This document shows positions 27,866 to 41,986 of a DNA stretch of 64,000 bases, piece after piece. The stretch spans positions 77,190,001 through 77,254,000 of the forward strand of contig NC_086373.1 in assembly GCF_036588685.1 (NCBI RefSeq), given 5' to 3'. Below the pieces are notes generated by a model, which was not told the origin of the DNA, did no database searches, and was given only the letters and a program-made list of their open reading frames with translations. This DNA comes from Mytilus trossulus (Eukaryota). Both the position numbers and the translations under genes were made by a program. How positions within the stretch are numbered: the stretch's first letter is position 1; each line of letters begins with the position of its first letter.

Positions 27866-28847
27866 CATCTCTTTGCTGTATTTGATCTGTAGATACCAGT
27901 AAAGTCGTTTTTATCTGTGCCGAAGAGTATCAATGCGCACAATAGGTGATGCATATATGACAGAAGACTCATACCTTCTTAACGCAACCAGTGTTGCTCC
28001 TTTTGGAGTTCTCGCAGTTTATTTTGTGTTTAGTATGATATTTCAACATCAGTAAACTACTGTCGCTTTAATTGCTCCATACATTATTTGGTGTTAGATG
28101 ATACATTAATTGGTTTTGTTTTAAACTTACCGCTTATCAATGATTTCCACAAATTATAAAAATTATAATAAATTCAAACGGGTATCCATTTTGTTATTTC
28201 GATCTGTACATGCTAGTGTTATAAGATCAAAATTTTAAATCAGCGTTAAGCGTTGAAAACAACATACCCTTATTCTATTGTAATATTAACTCGTAGCTAA
28301 TATTTAAGCCGTTAAATTCATAGTGCATTTAATAGAGATTAGTGGAACAATCAATATTTTTATTTTTACATTCCTAACGTTTTCATATTCGTACTTTAAA
28401 CGTATGGTCGTTCTAATTTATGTTTGAAAAAATGGATTTGATTTAAACAATCAAATCAAAGTGATTTAATTTGGGATTTTCTCTTTGCGATGAAGACCCA
28501 ATGTTGGACTTCGGCTATTTCTGCTCTTTGCTCGGGTTGTTGTCTCTTTGACATATTCCCCATTTTTATTTTCCATTTGATACTGTATCAGACAATTTAA
28601 CTTTATATTCTGGTATGGACACTATTTGCCTTATATCAACTTTGCAACCTATAGTTTTTTTTCGACATGTTGGAACAATCTTAAAGCTCTCGTTTTGTGA
28701 TTTTCTCCGGACGAGGTCTTTTAAAGCCGCCCATATGGTATCGTTGAAGGCCGTACTTAACCTATAAATTCTTACATCGCTGTCATATGAACTCTGGTGG
28801 ATAGCTATCTCATTAACTATCGTACCACATCTCCTTATGTTTATATA

Positions 28848-29650
28848 AGTTTGTAAAAGAGGGACGAAAGATACCAAAGGGACAGGCAAACACATAAATC
28901 TAAAATAAACTGACAACGCCATGGCTAAAAATGAAAAAGACAAACAGACAAACAATAGTACATGTGACACAATATAGAAAACTAAAGAATAAACAACACG
29001 AACCCCACCAAAAACTGGGGTGATCTCAGGTGCTCCGGAATGGTAAGCAGACCCTGCTCCACATGTGGCACCCGTCGTGTTGCTTATGTGATAACAAATC
29101 CGGTAAATAGTCTAATTCGGTAGGTCACATTCGTGTAAGGGAAGGGGATTGTAGTTACGACGTAAGGAACATATCCGATATCATTTGTGAAACGGTTATT
29201 CTATAACGGTCAACCAACTCGTGATGGCGTCCGTAAAATTTACGAAAGGATGATTTCAACTTCACCATTTGGAACTCTTGGTTTAATAGCTTAACACCTC
29301 TACCAAGAAAAATCATGATAGGAAATGAAAGCACGGAATATCGTATCAATTGGGAGATATATACCCCATATGCATGTGTTGCTGGAATGTTGCTACTAAG
29401 AAATTGAAAGTTCACAATTGGAAAGCTGAAATCATCTTTTTTGCGGTAAAGTTTTGTTTTCAATCGACCTTCAATGTCAATTTCTAGATGTAAGTCAAGA
29501 TATGAGGCCGACTTAACTGTTTCTGTTTATACTTTTGTCTCTAGTACGATGGGATAGATGCGTTCCAAATAGTCACCAAATTTTAAATTATTTAGTGAAA
29601 AAAATATCATCTATATAGCGGAAAGTATAGTTAAATGATATTGCTAACTT
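28848..29650 (-). mobile_element. Degenerate Penelope-like retroelement, 3' part of RT plus 3' UTR
   Basis: Minus strand reads FRYIDD (RT motif, about 29608-29626), then LKTKLY.K.DDFSFPIVNF.FLSSNIP..AYGVYISQLIRY..KLKSSFRKFYGRHHELV, with frameshifts. The 3' part is repeated at 47725-47900 and about 43790-44010. Confidence 0.7.
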
Positions 29651-30105
29651 GTTATAAGTAACATTTCAGTACAGATAGATGTATTGCTTATCGTTTCTAA
29701 TATACAAAAAAAGATGATGTGGTTTGATCGCCAATGAGACAAATATTCAAAAGAGACTAAATAACACAGAAAGTAACAGCTATATAAAGATCAAGTATGT
29801 TGACTTATGCTGTTTTCAGTTAACTATTTTCAAAATTAAAGTGGATGCTTCATAGAAGGGTTTTTAAGGCACACGCTAAACTATTCAACCACTGAAGGAA
29901 AGAAATAAATGGAAAACGTGTAGAGGGGTGGCACATATAAAAAGTTGTTGTAATATTGATGCGATAAGAGCAAGAACAAATAATAAGTTTTAAAAAAATG
30001 AACATGATATTTATAATATGAAATAAAATCTTTTAAAAATAACAAATGCATTCAATGGTATTCTACAATTTTTTTAATTTGGCCACCATTCCCACAGTGA
30101 TTTGT

Positions 30106-33100
30106 TCACCATTCGTCGTCAGAATCATCCCATTCCTCACTTTCAAAGATAATGGTTCCGTTTATCTCTGTAGAATATTCCGGGAGAATTGCCTTTCGTG
30201 GAGCAACTCTCTTTGATATGACTGATTTTCCTGACATGCATCGCTCTACATTTCCTTGTTGGTATTCAATGATACCTATGACTCCTTTGACCTATAAACC
30301 AGAAAACAATCATAAAAACAAAGGAAAATTTTGTTTGAATATTCATGTTAAAGTGATTCCAAATGGGGAAAACAACGATTTTTTTCTTACTAACAATTCA
30401 ATAATTTAACATTTTAGTTAAGATTATCTTACCCCTTCGATTAACTTAAGCCTTATGCAATTGATAATAAAGGTAAGACAATGCATATTCATGATTAAAA
30501 AAACCAAACAATACTCATATATCACACACAATGTTATAGGCTAAAATTAAAAAAAATCTTATTATATTGCAGAAACAGCAGTTACGGGAAAGGACTTTCC
30601 GGAAAAGCGTGATGCGAGCTGATCCGGGTAAGTATAAGCTTCCCATATAATTTCGATGGAGGAACATATCAGCCTCAAACTTAAACATACAGTGATTTAG
30701 TTGAAAAATAGAACAAAATAAGATTTACAATACAGTAATGTTAACATGATCGTAAAGCAAAATATGTCGTACAACTACCCAAAGAAATACTGTTGCTGCT
30801 CCTTTACTGACATCCCGGACCTGCCAGGCTTTGTATGGTTCTAATATTGTCTTCACGGCATTCAGGATGGTTTTGCTTACTGATCTATAGTCAAACTGTT
30901 CCATTCTTTTCTTAAGGTTGTCTTTTCCTGATTTGAACAATAATGATTTGCAGGTCCTCCAATCCTATTTAAACATACACAATACGAATCAAAATGACGA
31001 GATATATAATTTGGGTTAAAAAAAAAAAAGAATAAGCATAAAAAATATTAGTTTGCATTTGTAAATAATTCTTAATCAAAACGATGTTTAATAAATTAAA
31101 AAAAAAAGCAAAATAAAAGGTATTTAATTTTATTTATCTGTGTAAAGAGGCAGAATGAAATGAACTGTCTTTTGCCATTGAGATGTGAACATAGTAAAAG
31201 TCTCCGATTTTTTCTAAATTTAATATGATAGTTTTCATAATTTTATTGACAAATAAATAAGGTTACATATGGTGTCGGTAAAGAAGTATGTGGTGTCCTT
31301 AAAATAGTATACTTGAGATATCCTACCAACAATATTTACATTACTGAAATACTAACCAAGCTTATAAGTATACAGTAACGTACACCACACATTACCTTCA
31401 CTTCCTCAAGTCCATAGCCTAATAAAAGAGAGGCCGCTACAAGAGTCTGGTGGACAACATTAGGTGGTGTCTGGTACATTTTCAGCTCGGCTAAGGACCG
31501 TTGATCAATTTTGGACACTATTTTAGAAATTTTATCTATTTTGTAAATTCGAGAAAGAATTCTAGTTGCTATAACAATCTTTGAGTTAAGAGTTTGATTA
31601 AGCCCAGATTTCTTTGCTTGTTCCATCGCATCTTCTAACATACTTTCTTTTCTTGACTGACAAGCTTTGTCTAGATCTAAAGATAGATTATAATATACAG
31701 CTGCGATTACTGTTTTAAGGTAGATTCATGGTATACCGCCATCTTGGATTGTACAATCACAGTACAAAATCGGTCTAGTTATTTGCCTAAATCTGCAAAT
31801 TTGGAGACAGATTTGCAATTCAATGGTTAAACTGTTTTTTTTTTCATTTAAAGAAAAAATGGTAATTAATTGTAATATACCAAGTATTTTAACAAATATC
31901 ATTTTTATTGGTTTTACAATCATTTTTTTTCAAATGTGCCATTTAAGGGGAGATAACTCTTTTAGTACAAAATTTATACTGGGCTAATAGGTATTTTTTT
32001 TAATTTTACTTGTAGCAAGAAAAAACAAGTTCGGTGACACCATGTTTTTTTTTTATTTTCTTAAAACATATGAACCTTTCTTCTCACACTTTATTTCAAA
32101 ATTCTATCTCATAGAATTTTGTTTATGCACACTAATGTGTATTTTCATGAACAAACTAACCAATGTTTTGCAATTTTCAACGACTCATAGCTTGAAAAAT
32201 AGCACGGTGACCCATACTTTTTATTAAATTTTTGAAAAGAGCATAGTAAAATCTTCATTTTTGGCAAATTATAAATAAAAATCTGTCAAAAAAAATATGT
32301 AATTGTGATCAACCTTAATTGTACAACTAAAACAATAATTGTTCTTTGCTAATTTGCTCCGTGGATTTGGTAAATAGATATCTTTGATAAATATTATAGG
32401 TATACTGTTTTTGGTTATATCATTGTTTCTGGTTTTAATGTATTATAATATAAATCAGAATGCAGACAAAAAAGTTTCTTTAATGTTCTTTTTTTATCTA
32501 AAATTCTAAAATTCTGGGTATTGCACTAGTCCGTATCTTTCTGTACTATTTATGAATCTGTTGTATGAAACAAGTAAGTTAGGTGCTTTAATCTTGCTCT
32601 CGGTGACTGTGATAAATCTTCGATGCAGTGTCGTTTATAACTGTGTTGCTTGTACTTATGCTTTTGTTTATTCTAAATAGCATTAAAGTAGATCTTAGAT
32701 ATTCTTGTACTTAGTTTTTAATAGTCGTTTTAGGAATTTGATGTGTTGGGAGAAGGTCTTTAGTAGTCCTTATTAAAGGCATTCCGAACGTTTAATACTC
32801 GGTGATGATTAACAGCCTAATTAAAATATATACTCTAGACCGAAACGTCGGGTGGCGTGTTGATAGTGTGTATATGGTTACGTTAATAATTTACATTTTT
32901 TAGCTTGAAGAAACATGATCATCTGATTGGCTTCCAATGAAAGTGGATCAGTTGTTGATGGTCTAGTGACGTCATATACCTTCATATATGTTATTAATTT
33001 GTCCAGATCTTTCTGACTGATGGCTTTTTCAATGTTCTTAGTTATGGTTCCTTTTGTAGCTGAAAATAAATCGATGAAAATTGAGAAATGAACCCGGTGA

Positions 33101-36100
33101 AATGAATAAGATTTGCAGAGAGTCTCATTACTATACAGTCGAATTAATCAATATATATCACACACTACTATTCAAAAAATAAAATCTGTGAATTTAGAAA
33201 AAATAAAACCCATAGCCTGTTCCATATATACTTATTTGTTTATAGTTAAATGCTGACCTGTTATATGCAACTCTTCAGGTATGAGATAAACAATCGACCT
33301 TATAATATCGTACGACCATTCGATTCGATGGACAGAATAAGTATTTTCATCCTATCTAAGGCCAGATTATATTTTTGCAGCTCTTACTAATTGGTCAATT
33401 TATTCATTTCTAAAATCTTCCAGCCCACATCCCTCTCCCACTATGATAATCAGATGCGTCCCCAACGTGTTTTTAAATTTGCTTTGAAAAAATCATACAC
33501 TGTCCTATTACATCAAAATGCATCAAAATCATATATCATGGGTGAATTTAAATTGTGTAAATGTACATTTTCTGAAAGCTATTTTACAATCGCAGATCTA
33601 TAGTCAGGAGTATTGAAGTGAATAATAGACCGAGGATTAAATCAATTTATACATTTTGCTACCTGTCTAGAAAGTATGTGGTTATTAATTCATGACAAAA
33701 AAATCCCTATCAGCATTTCTATCAGCAATGAGCTAACGCTGACAAATGACTGTCAACACAAGTTTGAACGAAATTAAATGCTAGAGAATGATCAATTGTT
33801 CATTGCAGAAAACAGATATCAACACACATCAGGCTTAATCAGACATTTATCCTGACAAACAACGTGAAGAAGGGAGACAGTGAGTCATTAAGACAACCCC
33901 AACTGAACATTCAGATACATTTTCATATAATTCTAATGTATAACCTTACAATTTCGATGAAAAAACATACAGAAAGAGTTATTTTTTTTTAGATTTGCAT
34001 GTTTTATACAAACCTTTAACTCTGACTTCGCTGTCTTCTGTTACCGGTCTATTGTACAAGTTATTTGAATCATCTTCTTCGTCGTCGTCAAACAAAGCAT
34101 TCACGTCAATGGATTCCCAGTCATGTTGGTCAATAGCAGGATTAAATTTTCTGACAATGTAATATCTAGCTAAGGTAGTCAAACCTTCCTCTGAATGGGT
34201 TTTGAATATATCCAGCGTAAACTCGCCTGGAAGCTTTAAATGAATAGCCAATTCGTTTTCCTGTTTGACAACTCTGGCAACTTTACTTAGCTGATTAGGA
34301 GGAACATTACTACTCCGTAAGGATGTTGATATTTCCCGGATGTTTGTCATGGCGGGAATCGTAATGACGGGTTCCTGTGTTACAATTGTCTCATGCTTTA
34401 TTGTCGTATGCTTACTTTCTTTAGTTTCTTTAAGCATTGAAGGGAATGGATGACCTGATGACTTTATAAGACAACTATATATAGGCTTAGTTTTATGATC
34501 TGGGGTTTTCCCAATCAAATTAAACGAATATAATCCCGCGATAGGCATGTCCAGCTCAAATATCCAATTTCCATCTCCATCAATGCATTTTTGACAAGTC
34601 ATCATCTTGGATGATTTATCATCGGTACTACACAATTCTTGGTAAAGTTTGACACCAGAGCTTGTTTTAAATTTCAGCTTTGCTATTCCTTCGTTTGCAT
34701 CTATCTGCCCACTTTCTTTTTCATCTTCACTTACGAACTCTTTATCAGTTTTCTCATTACTCATATTGTTTTGATTTTCTCCTGTTACATTCTTTTGGTA
34801 TTTTCCATTAACACCAACCCCTTCAGTATTTCGAAACTTAGCTCCGGTTATTCCAATTATATCGGTAGCACCATCGATTTGATTTGCTCTACCTTTAACA
34901 TTTTGGCCTTTCTCTTTTTTCTGTTGTTCACTAAAATTTGAATGTCTATTTCCTTTATTAGTGTCTATTCCCCTCTCATGTACACTTGGTACAGTAACAT
35001 CAATATCTTTAGAACTTTCTTGGACACCTAAGTGGTCACCCAATATTGCTGGTAAAGGCTGTACTTCTTTATCTTTCAACGTTTTACCATTTATAAGAAA
35101 AGTAAGTATATTTTTGAGAACACTGTCTTCTGGTTCGTATTTCAACTTTCCAAATACTTTCAAAGCAAATTCTCCGTCAAATGGAACTTTGACTAGTATT
35201 ATGTATTTTCCTTTTTCAAACCTTCCCGTTGTAAATCGACTGAGCTTAGCATCACTCATTGCTTTGCACTTCAGTTGATGGTTTATAAAGTGGAGACTTT
35301 TCGTTGAAACTACGATTTCGACTTCACCTCTTACGGTCTCTATGATTGATTCACATGGGATTGTTGTTACTCCTTCCTCAAGCATATATGCATTTGAACC
35401 CCAACCTAACCGAGGACAATCAGGATACTGATCTACTTTTATTTCAACTGTTCGCATACATTCAATTCCGTATGAACAGAGGAGGTTGTAGAGCTTATCT
35501 GTGGTTATATATTTCCCGTATATATCCAAGCGATATGTACCCGGAAATGGAACCCTCACTGTATAGCGTAATTTGTTTCTAGAATGTTCAAACATTACAA
35601 AATGTCGTAAACTCTTCCCCTCAGAACTGTGCTCAGATTTAATCAATACTAAATTATGAGAAAACCTGTACTGATGACTTTTAACTTCGGGAAGAGTAAA
35701 GTCCATACTAATTGGAGTATCTTTCGTCATTAGCATGCACAAATCTGATGTTGTGTCAGTGTTCATTCCCATTACAAAGAAGTGTTCTCGAATATATGGA
35801 GAATTCTGCCATTGTTTAACAGTCCACATACTTTCCTGTAATTGCCATTCCGGGTCGTCTGGGAAATGAGTGTTAATGAATTCTTTCGGATCCGTTAAAA
35901 AATAGAATTCATTAACAGGCCTATTAGCTTTGCCAACGTCTGCCCTTTTGATCTTGCCTTTTGCATCGACTGAAATCTTGTCGTCATAATCACCTTCATC
36001 AATACACGAGTATGCCCAATAAGGATCAATCAGTCGCCATTGTCCTTTGATGTAGACAGCATTCCATCTTGATTCTAGTAGTTCTCTATCGGGTTCATCG

Positions 36101-38556
36101 CCAATTACATATAACATGTTCTTTGTCATACCATTAATGATAACACAGGGAATATTCGCTATTCTAGATGAAAAGAAAGAAATATATTAAAGTATATCAT
36201 AAAACATTTGGTTAACGAAGGCTTTGACAAAAACATTTGATTGTATCATTGAAGGTATATATATATTTAATGGCAAAAAACAAACGCTATTGAACCACAG
36301 TTTCTGTAGAATTTTGCCAGTTATTATATTGAGGGCTTTTTTATTCCCTTTTCTATTTTATGTTATATATGTTTGGATTACTAAAAGTTAAAATTAGACA
36401 TTTTTGGGCTTCTTCAAAAGTTCCTGGTTTGTAAGAAGTATTTTTATGTTTTTTTATAGAGTGAATCTTTAACCGATGCGTTTTCCTATATTGTAAGATA
36501 AATTAACCGTGACAAAAACTCTTACTGGCAAAGAGCATATAACAGATGGCAGTGGTCTCCAAAATCTTGCTGAATGTTCATTAGATAATCAATAGGTGAC
36601 TGTTCTGGTGGCAGCATATCAATTTCTATACTTTCTGTATCAAATGACGTCATCCATCTAAATATAGCACGAACTCTCAGTACCTCGTCTATATATTCAA
36701 ATGATTTCTTTACTATGATATGTTCCACAATGTCCCAAAACGTTTCCATCAAAAGATCTGGGGATACCTGTTAAAATAGTGTTTTCGTATTAATTTCGAA
36801 TCTCGATACCAATATAATGCTACTAAACATCAATATTGCAAACCATAATAAAACAAAACAGCTGAGGCATATAGTATTGATAAGGAAAGAGCATTTTATG
36901 ACAATAGCCAGAAGCGCAGTCCAATTTAACAGTTGACAGATGTTATTTAAACACCAAGTTCGCTTCCTGCCCGTCAAAACTCATGATACTTGTTCGAACT
37001 AGAAGTGCTAGTTTTCCTGCAAAATATTATTAAGATTATTCAACTATTCAGCTTTTTCCACCGAAAAAAAAGACAAATACTAAACTGGCAATGGTGATGA
37101 AATTGGCGTTATAACACAACAGAAATAAAAAAAAAAAAATAATAATCTATTCTCACACATTTGTTATTAAGTTACTTACATTCAAAGCTATACGATCAAT
37201 GTTTGTGAAATCTATACTTTGCAAAAGCTGTTGTTTTGAATCTGTGGTGGGTACGGGCGGTGGTACTTCTTCAGATCTGTATGTACCATGGTCATGGTGG
37301 AAAACATCTGCTAACTAACAAAGATAAAACAAAAACAATTAAAAAAAAATATATGATTTTCTTCTGTTAGACAAAGTTTCTAGGAACTGATGAAATATCC
37401 ACAGTTTGATAGATGCTATTGGCTTATATGTATGTGTTACTTGCGCTGAATATTTACAATTACGACAGTTTGAAATTCATTGATTATATCAAACCAGTAG
37501 CTAGCCACGGTCTGTTTAGTCTGGGTATTTTACCTCCCGACATACGCGAAGCGGGATATAAGATTGCGTCAAATCTATTTCGTTTATAAAAATTAAAAAC
37601 ACAAAAATACTGAACTCCGAGGAAAATTCAAAAAGGAAAATCCAAAATCAAAAGGCAAAATCAAAAGTCAAAACACATCAAACGAATGAATAACATTATA
37701 TGGATAATATAAAATATTGACAGTAATGCGGCGAAATAAAACATATGATCTTTTATTGTGTGTGAACTGTATAGAAGCAAACTACCTGTCTCCAATTAAC
37801 CTATAATTTTAGTCAAAATTAATGTCAGTGAATATGCAATGTGAGGGCACCTCATTGTGTAAATACAATGATTTCCAGTTCAATGATGTTTAGCAACATT
37901 TAAAAACATGAAGTCTAAATATTTCACTGTTATCGTCTACATATACATGTTCATTGTCTTGTGAAACTTTTACGAACATTTGACGCTTCATCGATTTAAA
38001 TTTAGATTTTTTTTATGTTCATTTACATATCGCAAAAAAAAAAACGTTTCGAAAGGGAACATGTCCTTATTTGCCGAATCGGGATTTATCTGCCAATTCT
38101 ACTTTCTTTGAAAAACAACGAAATCAAAAAATGATATAGCACGAGTTATAACGAGTTATAACAAACTTTCTTAGATTATCCACAATTTTTTAGGATGTTT
38201 AGGTTGCTACGTCTAGTTTTTGTACAATATGTTATGAATCTTTGTTTTCATTTCTTTCTTTTTTTTTACCATATATAGGTTTTTTTCAAGTACACTTTAG
38301 TGTTTGGTATATCCGTTCATTTTGATTTATAAGATTTTAATTGTTTACGAAACAACAGGATTTTGTTGTGGTAAAATTATCACTTTTTAAAATTGCATAT
38401 CAATATGATATGAAATTTACATGCATGTAAAATTCTGGTAGTCGATATATAAAGAAATAACGTTCGGTAAGAAAGTCTACAAAGTAAATCAATCGCAATA
38501 ATACTCACTCGATATGCACTTGACGATTGAGGCCTTTTACCTCCTATATTTCCCAT
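30106..38556 (-). CDS. Paralog 3: KY/hillarin-like pseudo-transglutaminase, Ig-like repeats, dynein-type MTBD, acidic Trp tail (8 exons, about 1130 aa)
   Basis: Exons: 38556-38509, 37314-37180, 36767-36526, 36163-34014, 33059-32895, 31676-31396, 30964-30779, 30291-30106; sum 3393 nt, in frame. Starts MGNIGGK. RWNAVYIKGQWRLIDPYWA, EFYFLTDP..THFPDDPEWQL; ELKMYQTPPNVVHQTLVAASLLLG; VRDVSKGAATVFLW. Ends ESEEWDDSDDEW*. Confidence 0.83.
31719..32314. mobile_element. Non-autonomous DNA transposon with TTAA target duplication (Kolobok-like)
   Basis: ttaa|ggtagat...atcaacc|ttaa (TTAA at 31715-18 and 32315-18), imperfect short TIRs with GG termini; lies in intron 5 of paralog 3. Confidence 0.55.
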
Positions 38557-39524
38557 TTTTAGCTGAGGATCTGTTCTTTTTTCTATGACAATTTCATAGT
38601 TTATTTGATTTTCTTCTTTCGTTAAAAACACGTTATTTCAACGGTATATTTTTGAAATAAGACATAAACGGTTATGACATGAGTTTAACATAAATATTTT
38701 GACTAAATTAGATATAAATAATGTCAATAGTATTAGCCTATATTTTACTGTAATTGTTGAGGTAAATGTAAGTTAAGCATTTTATCTCTAATTGTTAGAT
38801 CAGGTGTCAATAAAATGACATTTGACAATTGGTATTGATATTAAAGATTATCAAATATTTTCCCAAAATTATAAGATACTGCTTTTTATGAATTCTACCA
38901 ATCATCAGCAGATGTTTTGTCAGTCTTCCTTCAAACTGGACTTATAATTAGTATACAATTTCCTAGGACTATCTTATTTCTACTGTGCTGAGAGAGATCA
39001 TTCTAATTATTGATAGAACGATGAACATGATATATGTTCATGCAAACACGATGTTAAAGAAAATAAACTTTATTTGAGGTTTCGAAATGTTGTATATTTT
39101 GTCATTAATAAAAGGGATATTATAAAACTATTATTGGTAACATTTTATATCTTATGAATATACATTCTCAAAAATATGAAGTAGAGATTATTTTCACAAT
39201 GAAACCACAATTACACGTGGTTTTATTCCTAATGAAAACTCTATACCAAAGACACGAGGACACGAGGACGGTGTAAAAAAGTTAAAGGGCAATGACAAAC
39301 AGTAAACCTCGTGTTCATGACAGGTACATAATGAGTGGGACAGGGTTCTTTGTGAGCGCTGGATCATTCCTTTGTCTTTGATAGTGTTGTAGAAACACAA
39401 CATAAGCAATATGAAAACAAAAATCAGTTTGAAAAGGATTTACTGATTAACTTAACAACATAAAACAAACTAATTGCTAGATATACTTATTGCAGGTGTG
39501 ATGAGATGAATGAAGCTGTTTATT

Positions 39525-40330
39525 TTCTACTTGATAATATTTATGTACGTTTCGGCAACAAAGTTTATCGACAGGTCTCAGGTATCCCTATGGGCAATAA
39601 TTGTGATCCTATAAAATCAGAGTTGTTTTTGTACTGTTATGAATCAGTTTACGACCAGATTCAGTAAAGACCCGTCGAAATTGCATTTTATTGATAAATT
39701 TAACAACACCAACCGTTATCTTGATGATATTTTTACGTTAAATAATCAAGAAATTACTCAAATGTAAAATTACAAAAATACTGAACTAAGAGGAAATTCA
39801 ATTTGGAAATTCCATAATCACATGGCAAAATCAAATAACAAAACGCATCAAAAACGAATGGACAAGAACTGTCATATTCCTGACTTGGTACAGGGATTTT
39901 CAAATGTAGAAAATGGTGATTAAACCTGGTTCTATAGCGCTTATCCTCTAACTTTAATGACAGTCTCATCAAATTCTGTTATATTTACAATATACTGCTG
40001 AAATTTACCCGAAGGGAATTTTCTTTAGATAAATAAAATTTAAACGGTAATAAGTTCTTTCGTTGTTTAGATATTTCGGTCTGAATGAGAATTTTTCGTT
40101 CCCTATTGTTAATTTTCAATTTTAAGTGGTTTTATTTTGGAACCATCTTACGGTGTTAATATTCCACAGCCCGTTTGCTATGACCTTGTCTGTTATGACC
40201 TTTTTTTTTTATTTTAACGAACGTCATGTAATCTATGTATCACTGGTAAATTATTAAGCCAGAGATTTCGTAACCATAAATTAGTTAAAACCTTTACTAA
40301 ATTTTTCCATTGATGTAAAGATTCTATTTT
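39525..40330 (+). mobile_element. Decayed Penelope-like RT fragment interrupted by another repeat
   Basis: NIYVRFGNKVYRQVSGIPMGNNCDP and FNNTNRYLDDI motifs; interrupted at about 39760-39990; resumes with FSFPIVNF..PSYGV. Confidence 0.65.
39765..39990. repeat. Interspersed repeat (family C)
   Basis: caaaaatactgaact.agaggaaa.tcaa..ggaaa.tcc.taatcacatggcaaaatcaaa..gaatggacaagaactgtcatattcctgacttggtacagg; copies at 54330-54490, 58065-58155, 37590-37700 and reversed at about 46340-46460. Confidence 0.75.
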
Positions 40331-40479
40331 GAGGTTTTCCTTTGAACCCGTCAGTTAACTGCGATTTATCTCAGATCTGTACATAGTTTCTTTTTGTTGT
40401 TGAGATGAATAAGTACCCTTCCACGTCCACTTGTATTTTCATCCAATGGATGAGTTAAGCCTTTTTCAACCTGATTTAT

Positions 40480-40858
40480 ACAGTTCGTCCTTATGTTGTA
40501 CTATTATACCACCGTCCTAGGTTAAAGGGAATGGGATTCCGCTAACATGTTTAACCCCTTCGCATTATGGTATGTATCTGCCTGTCCCAATTCGGGAGCT
40601 TATAATTCAGTGGTTGTCGTTTGTTTATGTGTAACATGTTTGTTTTTCGTTCTTTTTTGGTACATAAATTAGGCTGTTAGTTTTCGACTTTGAATTGTTT
40701 TACATTGTCATTTCGGGACCTTTTAAAACTGACTATGCGATTAGGGCTTTGGTCATTGTTAAAGGCCGTACGTTGACCTGTAGTTGTTAATTTCTGTGTC
40801 ATTTTGGTCTCTTTAGTAGTGTAGTCTCATAGACAATCATGTCACATCTTTTTTCATA
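40480..40858. repeat. Family A interspersed repeat
   Basis: Colinear with 806-1150. Confidence 0.75.
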
Positions 40859-40877
40859 ATAAAAAGAAAAGAAAGGA

Positions 40878-41986
40878 AACTAGAGGCTCTAAAGAGCCTG
40901 TGTCGCTCACCTTGGTATATGTGAATATTCAACAAAGGACACGGATGGATTCGTGACAAAATTGTGTTTTGGTGATGGTGATGTGCTTGTAGATCTAACT
41001 TTACTGAACATTCTTGCTGCGTACATATATCACCATCTATAATGATTGGCCCAGTAGTTTCAGTTGAAAGTGTTAGTAAAAATTTACAAATTTTATGAAA
41101 ATTGTTAAAAATTGACTATCGATTTGTCTGAAATTTTCAGGGCAGATAGATCTTGACATGATAAACAATTTAACCCCATGCCAGTTTTGCTCTTAATGCT
41201 TTTGTTTTTGAGTTATAAGCCAAAAACTGCATTTTACCCCATGTTCTATTTTTAGCCATGGTCGCCATCTTGGTTGGTTTGACGGGTCAACGGACACAAT
41301 TTTTAAACTAGATACCCCAATGATGATTGTGGCCAAGTTTGGTTAAATTTGGCCCAGTAGTTTCAGAGGAGAAGATTTTTGTAAAAGATTAATAAGATTT
41401 ACGAAAAATGGTTAAAAATTTACTTTAAAGGGCAATAACTCCTAAAGGGGTCATTTGACCATTTCGGTCATGTTGACTTATTTGTAAATCTTATTTTGCT
41501 GAACATTATTGCTGTTTACAGTTTATCTCTATCTATACTATTATTCAAGATAATAACCAAAAACAGCAAAATTTCCTTAAAATTACCAATTTAGGGGTAG
41601 CAACCCAACAACAGGTTGTTCGATTCATCTGAAATTTTCAGAGCAGATAGATCTTGACCTTATAAACAATTTTACCCATGTCAGAATTGCTCTAAATGCT
41701 TTGGTTTTTGAGTTATAAGCCAAAAACTGCATTTTACCCCTATGTTCTATTTTTAGCCATGGCGGCCATCTTGGTTGGTTGACCGGGTCACCGGACACAA
41801 TTTTTAAACTAGATACCCCAATGATGATTGTGGCCAAGTTTGGTTTAATTTGGCCCAGTAGTTTCAGAGAAGAAGATTTTTGTAAAAGTTAACGCCGGAC
41901 GCAGGACGACGACGGACGACGACGGACGCTGGACGCAAAGTGATGAGAAAAGCTCACTTGGCCCTTCGGGCCAGGTGAGCTAAAAA
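40878..41986 (-). mobile_element. Non-autonomous Helentron-type element (HINE) with internal ~501-bp tandem units
   Basis: aactagaggctctaaagagcctgtgtcgctcacct at one end; (GAC)n and ctcacttggcccttcgggccaggtgagctaaaaa at the other. Unit marker ttggcccagtagtttcag at about 41046, 41349 and 41850. Confidence 0.8.
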
